A DNA stretch of 63,601 nt, filler included, from Phoronis australis (Eukaryota > Animalia > Phoronida), in assembly GCA_002633005.1 (NCBI GenBank). It is 10 parts of 10 records of this genome, joined end to end, with 100 filler letters (N's around TTAATTAATTAA, not from the genome) between each part and the next. Parts side by side here need not be neighbours in the genome. Positions count along the whole stretch, not along the records: positions 1 to 21,070 come from NMRA01000045.1; positions 21,171 to 25,552 come from NMRA01002608.1; 8 more parts are not named here. One strand, given 5' to 3'. Shown piece after piece: positions 11,892 to 24,571 of this stretch. The notes below the pieces were generated by a model that saw nothing but the letters and a program-made list of their open reading frames with translations, searched no databases and was not told where the DNA came from. The translations under genes were made by a program, and so were the position numbers. Within the stretch, counting starts at the first letter, position 1. Every line of letters starts with the position of its first letter.

Positions 11892-12904
11892 ATTTGAGCA
11901 GTTCCTTTCCACAAAATTGTATCGCATGTGTGCACACACACATATTTTCATTTATACTCAAAGCAACATTGAACATTAGCCTGTGGCTAGTTGATGTGAA
12001 GCAAGAGTTGCGTTTAGATTTTTACAGTAATTATAGGGAGTGAATGATACTATTAATATCCTGCTATACATAGTGAATGGTACATGTAACTACATGTATA
12101 CAAGTGGAGAAGGTATTGAGAGCTGGGATATTTACATGAAGTTTACAAAGACTAATTTACAGTAGAGTGTCTGGGTTCAGTTCTCTAATATTACTCTTAG
12201 GAAGATTTATGAAGCTATCTAATCTTTCCAGTGGTATCATTTAGAAGTCCCATAACTTAGGCGAGTTACTTAAAATTATTAAGTTGGTATGTGGTAGTAT
12301 TTACTGATGGTGCATTAAGGTGATCGGTTGAAAGCTAATTTGTTACGAGATGTATACAGTTATGCCTTGACAATTAATAAAGGTTCCTTGTGAACCATAA
12401 AGTTTTCTTATTTCGTTCCTCTATTCGTAAATATTTCTTTTAAAAAACACACTCATTTCCCCTCAAAATATTGAGAATTTGAGCTGGCATTTAAAGACCG
12501 TTGTGTAGTGGGATGTTGTGACAATATACCGGTACCACTGGCTTTGGTGTCAAAAAATTCTCCCTGCGTGGCCGGCAGGATCAAAGACTGTCAAGTTCAT
12601 GAGGAAGTACAAATAGGGCGATCAAGCCATTTTTTCGTTTTAAAGAAATTCTTCAATATCGTCGGAAAAATAATGCATACCACACAACAAAACTAAAAAA
12701 ATTATCAAAAATCGGGTGAAGCAGTACAAAGTTATAGTAAGTTTTGCGGAGAACTCTGAGTCACTTGTTTGGACTGATCAGGTTGACCATCTTATATGAC
12801 GGCGGCATAAGTTACATGTTTAAAACTGCTTATAAATTATTTTCATCAATAGATGGTAGTGAAATTCTATTCTGTGTGATTCAATGGTTCTCACCAGAAT
12901 TTAG

Positions 12905-13255
12905 TCACGCAAATGTAACTTATCGAGTGGTGAAGTGCTCACAATACCCATGCACGTAAACGTGAAGAAAACTAAAGTGGTCGTTTTCAGAAATGGCGGT
13001 CCCCTTAGACGATATGAGAAATGGTTTTACAATGGGACATTGGTTGATGTGGTGTCTCATTACGAATTCCTTGGACTACTTATTACTCCAAAAGTTTCGT
13101 GGACCAAAGCCATTAAAGCCTTATCTAGTCAAGCAAATGAAGCTGCCCTGCAATTAAAGCGAGGATGTCGTGATCTACCCCCGTCAATAACCTTTCACCT
13201 ATTCTATAAGATAGTTTACCCCTCTGTGTTACGGCGCTGAGATATGGGGCTTTAA
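12905..13255 (+). mobile_element. L2/Crack/CR1-group LINE ORF2 fragment, 5' piece (split by Kolobok copy A2)
   Basis: VNVKKTKVVVFRNGG...YEFLGL...YGAEIWGF is the typical region just C-terminal to the RT core in CR1/L2-group LINEs. Confidence 0.8.
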
Positions 13256-14933
13256 AAGAGAATGCCACCAGATTTAATTAGTCTTTTTTGCCGTCTTAAT
13301 CGGTCTATATCCACATCGCCTCGTATACGGTCGACCTTACGTTGACGAGAGGTGCCGCGTTAATCTGTGAGGAAAGTGAGAAACGACGCAGCGACGTCAG
13401 TGGTTCATTTGCAGAGTTAATGCCGTCTTTTGCGGTGCATCGTTCCCGCTTGTCCGAACTATGCAGCTGCGAGGAAAGCGCGTATATCATTTTTTCGACT
13501 TCCTCGAGAGTTTGAAATGCTTAGGAAGTGGCTCGTGGTAGTGAAGAATGAAAAGTACGCTATAAATAGCAAGTATAAGGCCGTGAAACATCCCCGTGTC
13601 TGTGGCCTGCAGTCGTCGCAGGACAATGACTAACGAATGCCGGCTTACCAAATAACTATCCATACGTTCCGTTGTCTGAGCTTGTTCACGGCGCCTCTCT
13701 AGTATTTCTTCATCACTGTATTCCTGTTCAAACTGATAGCCTGTGATCCACCTGCGAAATCCTTGTCGGGATGAGTTCTCGTCTAAGTCGGGATTGCGAG
13801 TTGCCATGTTGATGTTTATTACTGAGCGTTCTGTTTCAAAATGACTTATTCTCACATTTACCAATACTTATATAAAACTGAAACAAAGTCTGTCTCATTA
13901 GATGCAATTTGTAATGCCTTTGGAGTGTTCGTGAGTGCAAATGATTTGATCGAGAAGCCAGCAATGAATAAATCACTGCGTTACCGGCATTAGATGCAAT
14001 AAAACCTAAATGACGGGACACCGAGGCCGTATGAGCTCATGCTAATTCAGTGTTTGCTGACAGAAACTGTTTTAAAACAACTCGATTTCTATCCCACGGC
14101 CAGGTGTTAGGGGAATTTACATTTACATTATTCAAATAATGATTGTCAATGTACAATGTCTGCCCAGACGGTTCTGTGTGGCCAAAGCCGGGAACCCGCT
14201 GAATTCGCGGCCTCCGACGAGCCAGTAATTAGATTTGCAGTTTCGTGGCTAATTCCCCAACAATCACATGCACTTTACTTCTTTGGCTCACCAGTATAGT
14301 ATTTTCTTGACTGGATATTTAGTTTCCAATTTTGGCTGGTTTATGTTCGTGATGTCTGATCGGCTCAGCTTCCGAGTCACTGGCCGGGATACCGAGTCAG
14401 TCCAGCCGCGACGGGACGAGCGGGCTCCGAGCCACTGGCCAGGATAACAAGCGTTTTGTGTGTTTAGAACTCAAAAAATCACAAGTTTAAAACCACAGGT
14501 CAATGTTCTCCTGTCTGTATCTCACGGAAAAATACTTCGGATTTATCTCCGAACAGACCCCAAACTCCTGCTACATACCTTATTGGCCTGGCGAACTTTG
14601 TAGGCTACGGTGTGTCCAAACACCAATGAACCCGTAACAGCGAAATAAAACAACACGTTTTTATAAGAACTCGGTGTATTTTTAAGGGTTTTACATCGAA
14701 GTTTGATGATTTATTGGTGTTAAACGATGAATTAAAACAATAAGCTGACACCAGTAACCCGTGTTTTGAACTGCTGAACAGGCTGCGTGTGAAACCAATT
14801 ACGTCATTGGATAATTTCAACACCTCCGTCTGAAGTCAGGTGTCAGGTATGGCAACCGTATGTGTTCTTATGGAATAGAACTACTCGATCTAAATTAATA
14901 CAGATTAGGTTGTTTTTTTGGTGGCATGCTCCT
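13256..14933 (+). mobile_element. Kolobok-type non-autonomous DNA transposon, family A copy 2
   Basis: Perfect TTAA duplication (13252-13255 and 14934-14937) and TIR A(A/G)GAGAATGCCACC...GGTGGCATGCTCCT. THAP remnant RCIVPACPNY...FFRLP...RKWL...RVCG at 13430-13633 (+). KolX-like GYQFEQEYSDEEILERRRE on -. Confidence 0.9.
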
Positions 14934-15240
14934 TTAAGGAATATGAACAATTAGAAAATGTACATATCAAGTTTTGTAAACGCATTTTAGGAGTAGGCAG
15001 TTGTTGTTCAAACTCGGCAATTATGGGAGAATATGGTCGATTCCCATTGTCTAATAAATATTTTGTATCCTGTATAAAATACTGGTTCAAAATACTGGAG
15101 ATGCCTAGTAATCGTGGGGTAAAGGCTCCATATGAGCTTTTCAGTCAGACCTGATTGGATGATCTTCCTATAAATGGGCAAGTTTTGTAAGTAAACTTCT
15201 GTCTGTGTATGGTTTTTCAGATGTATGGAAGTAGTATAGT
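14934..15240 (+). mobile_element. L2/Crack/CR1-group LINE ORF2 fragment, 3' piece
   Basis: KEYEQLENVHIKFCKRILGV...AIMGEYGRFPL...CIKYWFKILEM continues the frame of the 5' piece once the Kolobok and one TTAA are removed (WGF|KEY). Confidence 0.8.
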
Positions 15241-16174
15241 AAGTCATTTAGGCACCTCGTTTGGGAGGATCCCGAGTCAAAGGTCATCAATGCGAAAGGA
15301 AAAGGTCAAAGGTCACGTGGGATAACTGTAAGCGGAAAGGATACCATCCGCCTACCGGACGGATGTGTCAATGACGTAATAGGTTTAATTAGGCCCGTTA
15401 GAGAGGCACCTCGGTGGGTTCGTGGACCGTTTTTTGCGGCTCTGCAACGGATGCTAAATAAGAACAAAAGGGACCTTATTTCGTTTTCGCCAGGTGTCGT
15501 CGTTGGATCTCGTTGACCAAACAAATGTGTATATTCCGCTACAAAAGGGGATATCCATCCAACTCAACAGATTTCGCATAACATCTAACCCAGGTACCGA
15601 CGGTACTAAACGAATCATATGAATAATAACATGCGACCACCTAAAACAAAACGTAAAACTGATATTGTTTAAACGTGTATGAACGATAAAGTAAATTCGA
15701 AAACACTATAAAAATCATCAAAACTTTTAGAATCCGTAAAAGTAGTCTATTATTAATAGAAAATTATCATGTGTCCGAATTAAATGTTCAAAGGTCCAGT
15801 GGTGACGCCGTCATCGAACACTTGTCTTAGGGATAAAAATAGGGCCGGAACGGCGCACCTCTCTTGCAGATAGGTATACATAGTGTTGAGAATAGTGCCC
15901 AACTAAGAGAGAAAAGAAACTTTTCATGTTTAACCATGTGTCACTAGCAGCATACAAATGTGAATAAAAGTGGATGAATGCAAAGGATGACTTGACGTGC
16001 ACAAATGTACACAAAGCACCGTCTGCGCTTTGATAAATCTTGCATAACTTATCGTCACATAAAGTGTGTGTGGGCTGACACAAAAACCCTACCCCAAACA
16101 CAGATACAATTAAATGGCACTCTGTATAGTGGTTGGTTCACTCCTGAAAATGGTTTCCGTCCGCCAGGGGGACG

Positions 16175-16970
16175 TTTTATCACCGACACTCATTGCATTA
16201 TATATAAATGATTTAGCTCTGGGTATTTAAAAACTGGGTAAATGTGTCCAATGTGGCCCGAGCAATATTTCAGTGTTTCTTTATGCCGACGATATTGCAC
16301 TTTTGTCTGAGAATGAAAATGGCATGCAAGATGTGTTGAAGGTTTTAAACAACTGGTGTAAAAGTGGAGAATGGTTGTGAGCATGGCAAAAATGTTGTCC
16401 ATTTTCGAGCTAAGTCTATACCTAGAAGCAATTTTGAATTTATTTTGAACAGCCTGAGTGTCGTCAGTTATAAACCCTCATAATAATATTTAGGCTGTAT
16501 TCTGTACCAACACCTTGACTTCAAATAAAATTCTAATGCGTTATCTGAAGCTTCTGGTAGAGCGTCAGGGAAGATATGCTCAACATTCCGTGACAACAAG
16601 AATCTAGGATTCGAAACCTTTAAAACATTAATTAATTCTTGTGTGGCACCAATTTTGGATTACTGATCATCTGTTTGATGTTACAGAAATTTTGGTAATG
16701 ATTAAAATATTCAAAACTGAGCTATGCGTTTTTATTTAGGTGTCAACCGATTTACAGACACTCATGCTGTTAGTGGCGATATGGGGTGGGACTCCACCGG
16801 AAATAGATTTAAATTGAATATGCTGCGTCTTTGGAACAAACTAGTAACCACAGGTGGTGATAGGTTACTGAAGAAGGTGTTTCTATGGGACTACTCAGTT
16901 GGTAGAAAGGGTTGGATAGACGGAATCAAAAATTTGTTTAATGCTTCAGCCATGAGTGCTACGAAGTCTT
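16175..16970 (+). mobile_element. 5'-truncated, degenerate L2/CR1-group LINE (RT core and C-terminal region)
   Basis: SPTLIALYINDL, YADDIALL (~16282-16305), YLGC, PILDY and MRFYLGV...GDMGW...LRLWNKL, with several stops and frameshifts. Confidence 0.8.
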
Positions 16971-17467
16971 GACTTATGAAGTAACTATGAGTTATTGAAT
17001 CACTCAACGGGTGAGACCAGTTGCTGAAAGTGACTCAAGAGTTAATCACAAGTCAAGGCTTCAGTTTTCAGCACTGACTGTCAGCATTTGAACAGTACAG
17101 CATACATTACTCTGGATGTTTTGTTTGAGTGAGCTTGTACGCTGACGTCCTGTGATTGAGAAATGTGAGAAAAACAATAATTTTTGCACCGATTGGCAAC
17201 TTCTCACGCTGATGCCTGACACACCCGCTAATCTCGCTTTCACTATTGTTGTATGAAATGAAATCATATGCATTCCGCTAACTTAGGGCTGCTTTTGTTG
17301 AATACCACGCAAATTAACCACCTTAATAGTTTAACATTATCACTCGGTTACATTGCTTCAGGTTTCCTTGATATAGGCTACTGATTGTGTTGTCATATAT
17401 TTTACAAATCCTAAATGTGATGTTCCGCTGAAACGTAAAGTGTGTAGCTAGCACCAATATGAGAATT

Positions 17468-17618
17468 CAGGATGGTTTAAGGGGGTCTGGACCCCCTTCC
17501 CCCTTGATTTTAGTGATGTAAATATAGAATTTTCAAATTGTTTACTTAGACACCCCATTTAAAAAAAAAAATTCTTGATTCGACCCCACTTTTTTAAAAA
17601 ATCATGGATCCGTCCCTG
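17468..17618 (-). mobile_element. Short GC-ended MITE related to the CAGGGGCGGATCC family
   Basis: Ends in GGATCCGTCCCTG, the reverse complement of CAGGGACGGATCC, and has G/C-run internal motifs like the 30375 family. Confidence 0.45.
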
Positions 17619-18267
17619 GGACCCGTTGTACAGTGAGAACTTTTTCATACTATTTTGTAACTCACAGAGGTCGCCGAAGGTCAATTCCTTATACGTCATT
17701 TCTGGCGTAAAACCAGCCGCATGTATTTTTTTAATATTACCTATAAACTGCCACTGCAGGTTTTCTGTCACGGGTCATTTGTTTGGTGCACACTGTCCTC
17801 AAAACGAAGATTTGTGGCACTTTCGCGGAGTGCTAAGCCTTCATTTTGGCAACCGAGTTCTAAGCAAATGCCAGACGCTGTTTAATTGTACCTTTCTGAT
17901 TGACTTAGAATTCCGAGCAAAAGTTTATGGAGATCTTCGTTGAAAAATTGTAATTTTAGGGAAAGCTGAATAACGTAACTGCAGAGGTTCAATTACTATT
18001 TTCATAGACGTACTAGACTAAGTATAATCTAACAGCACCCTACTAGAAGTGTACGTAGCCAATTACGGCTAGGTTGTGTTGTCATTGTGGTTCTTCAGTC
18101 TGGGTATTATTGGTAATTATATTGTAATTCACTATAAAAAGTGAAGAACAAACGTTTAAAACACTAGTTTTCGCATTGCACTGGTTACCATGGGCTTTTT
18201 CAAATCACATAATGGCCATCTAGGACAAAAAATGCTAGCGAGAACTAAAGTGTTGTTGAACATCATT

Positions 18268-18276
18268 AGTAGTAGT

Positions 18277-18356
<80 letters not shown>

Positions 18357-19088
18357 CAGTAACAGCAACAGCAGTAGTAGTAGCAGTAACAGCAGCAGCA
18401 GCAGTAGTAGTAGTAGTAGTAGTAGTAGTAGCGGTAGCGGTAGCGGTAGCGGTAGCTTTAGCGGTAGCGGTAGCTTTAGCGGTAGCGGTAGCGGCAGGGG
18501 CAGCTTCAGCGGCAGCAGCAATGACAGCCATCTAGGACAAAAAAATGCTTGCGAGAACTAAAATTGAACATCATTAGCCAAAGGTTGACGTTTTGTAATC
18601 AAAATGTAGTAGTAGTAGCAGTAGCGGTAGCGGCAGCGGCAGCGGCAGCGACAGCGGTAGCGACAGCGACAGCGGTAGTGGTAGTAGTACTAGCAGTAGT
18701 GATAGTGGTTAGGTAGTAATTGGTGGTAGTGGTAGTGGTAGTGATATTAATAGTAGCAGTAGTAGTAGTAGTAGCTGCAGTAGTGCTGGTAGCTGCATAG
18801 GAGTGTATCTGCATAGTATCTGCATGGCGTTAGCGTTAGTAGTGTCGGTAGTTGTAATAGTTCCGGTAGTAGTAGCGTTAGTGGTAGTGCCTAGTGTTGT
18901 CAGAACTGGTAGTGGTAAGTGGTAGTAGTAATGATAGTAGGCTGCAGTGTTACAGTAGCGGTAGTGATAACGATTATAGTAGTGGCAGAGGTAGTGTTTG
19001 TGAGAGGACGTAGTAGTGATAGCGCTAATTGTAGCAGTAGTCGTAGTGGTAGCGGTAGTAGTAGTTGTATTGGTAGTGGTGGTAGTAG
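18268..19088. repeat. Compound triplet/hexamer microsatellite: (AGC)n, (AGT)n, (AGCGGT)n and degenerate GTA/GTG runs
   Basis: Directly visible as two blocks (18268-18520 and 18605-19088) separated by a duplicated unique segment. Confidence 0.95.
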
Positions 19089-21070
19089 CCTTCACGCCGC
19101 CAATAATGCGCTTACTAGGACAATACGCATTTCTAAAGACATTCGGGAAGTTACCGCTGGTCCGATCTGACCGGCTTTTATCAGAATCAAAGAGAGTGCG
19201 GCGCCTGAGTCGGACACAGTTGTGATGACCGCATTGTCCGGTGCGAACACTATCCAATTTAGTGTAACTACCCGGCCACAAACTATAGTAAAAATCTCTG
19301 CCTGTACATACTGGCGAACATCTCGGCGTGCAGCTGAAAAAAAAACAGCTATATATGTTTTTCGATGTTTAAAGATGGATGAACTATTAAGCTAGTAACT
19401 ACAAACTTTGGTAACCATTGAAGATAAAAGACCGTGCGTATTGATATACTCGGAGGATTTACAAACGGTGATAATAATTAACAATACAATATGGAATATA
19501 CTTTCAGTATACAACTAAGATACATTACAACAAATAGAAACAACACACAATTAGATGTCAAGTGTTCTTAAGACATCGCAGTGCATGTCAAATTATTTTA
19601 TTCGAGGAGTAGTACGCTAACTGGAAAACTGATAATTGTTCACGGAAATGCGCCAATGTTGACGGTAATCAGCCGGTGACGGAATACTTATAAGGACCGA
19701 CTTAGGCCAGCTTTAATGTCAACGAGAAAATACAAGCAGTACGGACGACTTCACAATTAATTGATTTCTAGGTTTCGCTAGCGATCAAAATCTACCACTG
19801 TTTTGGTACTTCAAGCTTAAAAATAAACTAAAAAAACAGTAACCCGATACCGATCGGCAAGAAAAAACATGTAAGCCTAGACTAGGGCATTAAATTAAAA
19901 TAAAGAGAACCGGTATGAAACATGTTTAAAACCAAAGTTCCTTTGGGAAGTGGCCCTTAATTCTTATGAAGCTAAATATAATGACATGGTTTGAACAGAT
20001 AACGAATTCTCAGATAAAGTCATTGCCGCTAGTGCTGGCCATATTGGAAAAAAACAGTTATTGCAAGGCCGCCTCCTTACTTATGTATGTGATCAAATGT
20101 GCGCATGCGTAAAAAGTGTTGCTGTGCTACTTTCCTGTAGGAAACACCGCATACATGTACAGAGTACAGGTGGTATTACCCGTTTTCGTCACTTCTCGAG
20201 GTCAAATAACGTTGTGTTTGACATTTTTTTGCGCGGGTAGGCTTGCTTTCATTTGTTGATGGTTGAAATGAAAGATGACAGAGACTTACCTGTATTTCAA
20301 ATACAGGTAAGTTTCTATCATCTTCCTACACTTACAACTGTTGACACCATGAGTAGGCTCTGAAAGTGAAACCAAAAAGTACATTGCGCATTAGTATACA
20401 TGTAGCCTTCGCCCTAACAAAAGTCACTACACGCATAACATGTAGGCGGACTTCCTCACGTCACACTCACTAAATTCAGGTAAATGCCGCAGTAACATGA
20501 CGACTCACTTTCAGTTAATATATTTACTAAAATTTCATTATTATTAAATGGTAGTCCAAACTTTGACCTTTTTCTTAATGAATTTTTCTTAAGCAATGTT
20601 AGTTAATTCTTATGCATTGCTTATTAATGTTGTTGCAGCTGATTTCCATATTTGTACATGTTATTGTTTTTAGTATGTTCGTAATAACATATCTAAATAT
20701 TTGAATAATTCTATTAAGTACTACTTACATATATATACATATATAGTTCTATGTATACTACTTTCATCTTTATACTGTCTACAACCCATATACAATGCTT
20801 CGCGATTTCTGGGTTTGTCATTACTTTCCTTGTATGTTCTGTGTATTCTTCAATAAATTTATATCATCTTTATAAAGACTCTCTTTCAATTGAGTGTTTT
20901 CTTTTTAACCATAGCACATATTGCATTGGTGGCCGCTCACTTTTATCCCTGCAGGCAGTGACATTTAGATGAGGGTTTAACACGATAACACGTCTCAGGT
21001 GACACATCGATGCAGAGTATTATCAGAGGCGGATCTACGGGGGGGGTTCAGGGGGTTTAAACCCCCCCCT

Positions 21071-21170
21071 NNNNNNNNNNNNNNNNNNNNNNNNNNNNNN
21101 NNNNNNNNNNNNNNTTAATTAATTAANNNNNNNNNNNNNNNNNNNNNNNNNNNNNNNNNNNNNNNNNNNN
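21071..21170. other. Scaffolding gap with artificial TTAATTAATTAA linker (also 25553-25652, 29735-29834, 35158-35257, 37305-37404, 44206-44305, 54155-54254, 58252-58351, 61781-61880; plain N gap 24584-24652)
   Basis: An identical 100-nt N-TTAATTAATTAA-N block occurs at every site. The 12-mer places stop codons in all six frames. Confidence 0.95.
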
Positions 21171-23168
21171 GGGGGAGGTACTAGGCCTACTGTGTTGTTG
21201 TACTCTAAGCTCTTTGAAAATTATGTGACGGGCAAAGTCATAGCTTGTGACAATCGTGGTATATGGAAATCACGTGGTTCTAACAGTTGTGGAAGGAGTT
21301 ATTGACCTTGCAAAAAGGAAAGCACTAAACACGCATTTCACTGAACAATAAAAAGTGGTGACGTATGCACGTACGTGGCAACTGATTGCACCAAAGGTCA
21401 TAGCGTGTTGATCAATTAGACACCTCGATATTCTAAATTGCAATTTAATTATCTAGAGATATCGAAATCCCAAGATGATTTATCAACTGATATTGTGCAC
21501 ATTATGATCAATATATATACTGTATATAGTTAGTGACCATTGCTCCCGTTGACGTCACGCTAGGTTGATGATCGTGACAGTCTCCGTCCCTGGGAACAAC
21601 CAAAAATGATGTCAAAAACTTCAAAAGGATGCTGACTGCAGTTACCGTGTTGAAACATTTGCGCGTGGTTCATAAAAAACTCCCATAAGCTCGGTCATTC
21701 GTGATCATTTCTAACAGATCAACAGGCTAGTTCCGAGTCATTAGAGTACAAAGCAAACAATAAAATTGAACAGAATCTCAGATATTTACGTCAGACAACA
21801 TCTCAACAGTTGTTCGAAGCGTTTTCATAAAATACATTTATTTGGACACAAATATTTTAAGATTATTCATGACTCGAGTTTGCGGGTCAACCGATGCCAA
21901 GGTAATCGGCGATAGCAATAAATTGGTACTGAAATGGAATTGATGAAGACTTGCCTTGTCTTCGTATCGGGGGCTAATTACTGACCATGAGGTGAACTTG
22001 TGAAAACACGGCTGCCTCTGTTGCCTTGCCGGATGAATACTAAATCCATCGGGCATATTTAAATGCTTTCTAAAAGGGAGCACACGTGGTTCTGAGGGCC
22101 GCTAATACAAGTAGTTTGTGACAATGTTGAATATTTTGGGAACGGCATAATAGCAAACTTTTGACAATCCTTCGAAAAATATAGGTTTAAACAGTTCTTA
22201 CTCTCTCTTCCACTTACATGGAATACCCACGTGTATTGGTTTGCAGCTACCTAACCATACATATTCAAGATGGACGACGAAATCGTGAACTCGTGTATCG
22301 ATGGTTCTGTAGAACAAATCAGTTTCTTTGGGTAGGCCAGAATTGGCGGCAGTTTTGAAGTACATGTATGTATTAACATTAGGATCCATGTGAATCTGTC
22401 GCGTTTGCTTGTAGTGTGTACATACTGTGAATAAGAAAACTCCACTAGTTCGGTTGTCAAGAGACACTTTTCTTTAAAACATTGCATTGCTAGCTGCTCA
22501 GCGATGAAGGAACTTTGCGATTTCACGTAGCCCTCAAACAACCTAGAATTGCCAAAAAATCTGAATGGATGGCACCACTTTTAGACCGCCTTTGAGGAGT
22601 CTGTAGTAAATTTATTTTCAAAATATAGTGTTGTCCTGTGTCGAGCATTGGCAACTAGGGAAGTGGTGGTTTAGTGGACTGAAAACTGTTAATTTTGCGT
22701 CTTTTGCCACCAAATATGAGAGCATAAAATTCCTGTTCAAGTATAGCACTTTTGATGTGAAATGACTCACAACGTTTCATTTTGTTTACGACAGATTGGA
22801 AGAATGACAGCAAGTCCAGGGACGTGTACACTGGCTACCTGGCAAAACCGTAGCGAGAACCGCACAGCCCAAGTGCCTACATGTACATCCTCAAACGGAT
22901 ATCAAGTGGTTGATAAAGTATCCTGTCACCTATATTTCCCTGAATGCCCAAAAGAAGGCGCAACTGAAATGTTGTTGGTCTTAACGATCGATCGTTAATC
23001 AGTCGCTGTTTTTGGTTGGTAAACTTAGCAATTCAATAAAACTTTTGCAATTCTGTTTTTCGTTCTCACGTCCAGTTTCTCCCATGACAGAGCCGATACC
23101 GCCTTTCGATGTTCGATCCAGAAATAGCCCAACCGGCTAATGTTAACCTGTTCTTTGAAGGACGTTAA

Positions 23169-24571
23169 AGGAGAATGCCACCCGATTTAATTAGTCATTT
23201 TTACCGTCTTAATCGGTCTATATCCACATCACCTCGTATACTGTCAATCTTACCTCCCCGAGAGGTGTCGCGTTAGCCTGTGAGGAAGGTGAGAAACGAC
23301 GCAGCGACGTCACTGGTTCTTCTGCAGAGTGAGTGCCGCTGGTGTATCGTACCCGCTTGTGCAAACAATGAAGCAACGAGGAAAGCGGATATATCGTTTT
23401 TCGATTTCCTCGAGAGCCCATAATGCTGCGGAAGTGGCTCGTGGTAGTGAAGAAAGAAAAGTACGCCGTTAATACGTACCTCAGTAGGCCCTATGAGGCT
23501 TGAAACTTCTCCGTGTCTGTCAGTGGCTTGCAGTCGTCGGATCGGTTTTTGATCAATTTTTGATTATGGAGAATTGTAAGTAGCCATGAAAACATAAACA
23601 ATTACAATTAATTCAAGGCATGAGAACACAACGTTTTATATAATCTGTTTGATGACTGACTCGTTCGTCAGGCTTCTGTTTGGACCTCTGGGTATGGGAT
23701 GTTTTCGCCTTTTCTTTTTCTCAGTCCTAACAAATGTCACAAGCACACCTCCGTTTAGATGAGGTGCAAAATCAGGATGGTACGCTTCTCCAAAAAAGCA
23801 CGTTTCGCTTGCGGAATCTCGTGGCAGCAAACGAAAGCGTCAGTCGCCTGCATGATCGTGCAGTTAGGTCACTGACACCATGACAAGTCATTCAAACGGT
23901 TTTCGAAACTATGTGTTCCGTTGTCTGTACACGTTCACGGAGCCTCTCTATTATTTCTTGACCAGTGTATTCCGGTTCGAACTGATAGCCTGTGAAACCT
24001 AACGATCAACCTGTGAAGTCTTCGAATGAGCACTCGTCTAAGTCGGGATTGGGAGCTGCCACATTAGCATTTATTATTGTTAGTTCTGTTTCAAAATGAA
24101 TTATCCTCGCCCTTACCAATGCTTATATAAAATTGAAACAAAGTCTGTCTCATTAGATACAATTTGTAATGCATTGGAGTGTTCGTGAGTGCAAATGTTT
24201 TGAGAAGCCAGGAATGAATAAATCACTGCGTTACCGGGTTTAGATGCAATAAACTAATCACCGGGCACCGAGGCCATGTGAGCACATGCTAATTCAGTGT
24301 TTGCTGACAGAAAGCTGTTGCGAAACAATAAGTCAATTTTATATCCTATGGTCAGATGTTAGAGGAATCTTTATTTAGATATTCATATACATTCTTCGAA
24401 TCATTGATACTGTACAACTTTTGCACTGACAGTTTTTTGGAAGGGTAACCTGACTTCACGGCCCTCGACGAGCTACGTAGATTTTGAAGTTTCGCGTCTA
24501 ATTCACCAAAATAACCTCGTGCACATTTTTTCTTTGGCTCACTAGTATAGTATTTTCGTGACTGGAACTTC
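23169..24571 (+). mobile_element. Kolobok-type non-autonomous DNA transposon, family A copy 3 (3' end lost at a MITE and gap; ~360-bp foreign insertion at ~23545-23905)
   Basis: Starts TTAA|AGGAGAATGCCACCCGATTTAATTAG and is collinear with the other copies up to GTGACTGGA, where CAGTGGCGGATC and the N gap begin. Confidence 0.85.

Noticed and set aside
18156-19281. Poly-Ser, poly-Leu, poly-Ala and mucin-like poly-Thr ORFs
   Set aside because: These are by-products of triplet microsatellites that are open in several frames on both strands. There is no splice or domain support.
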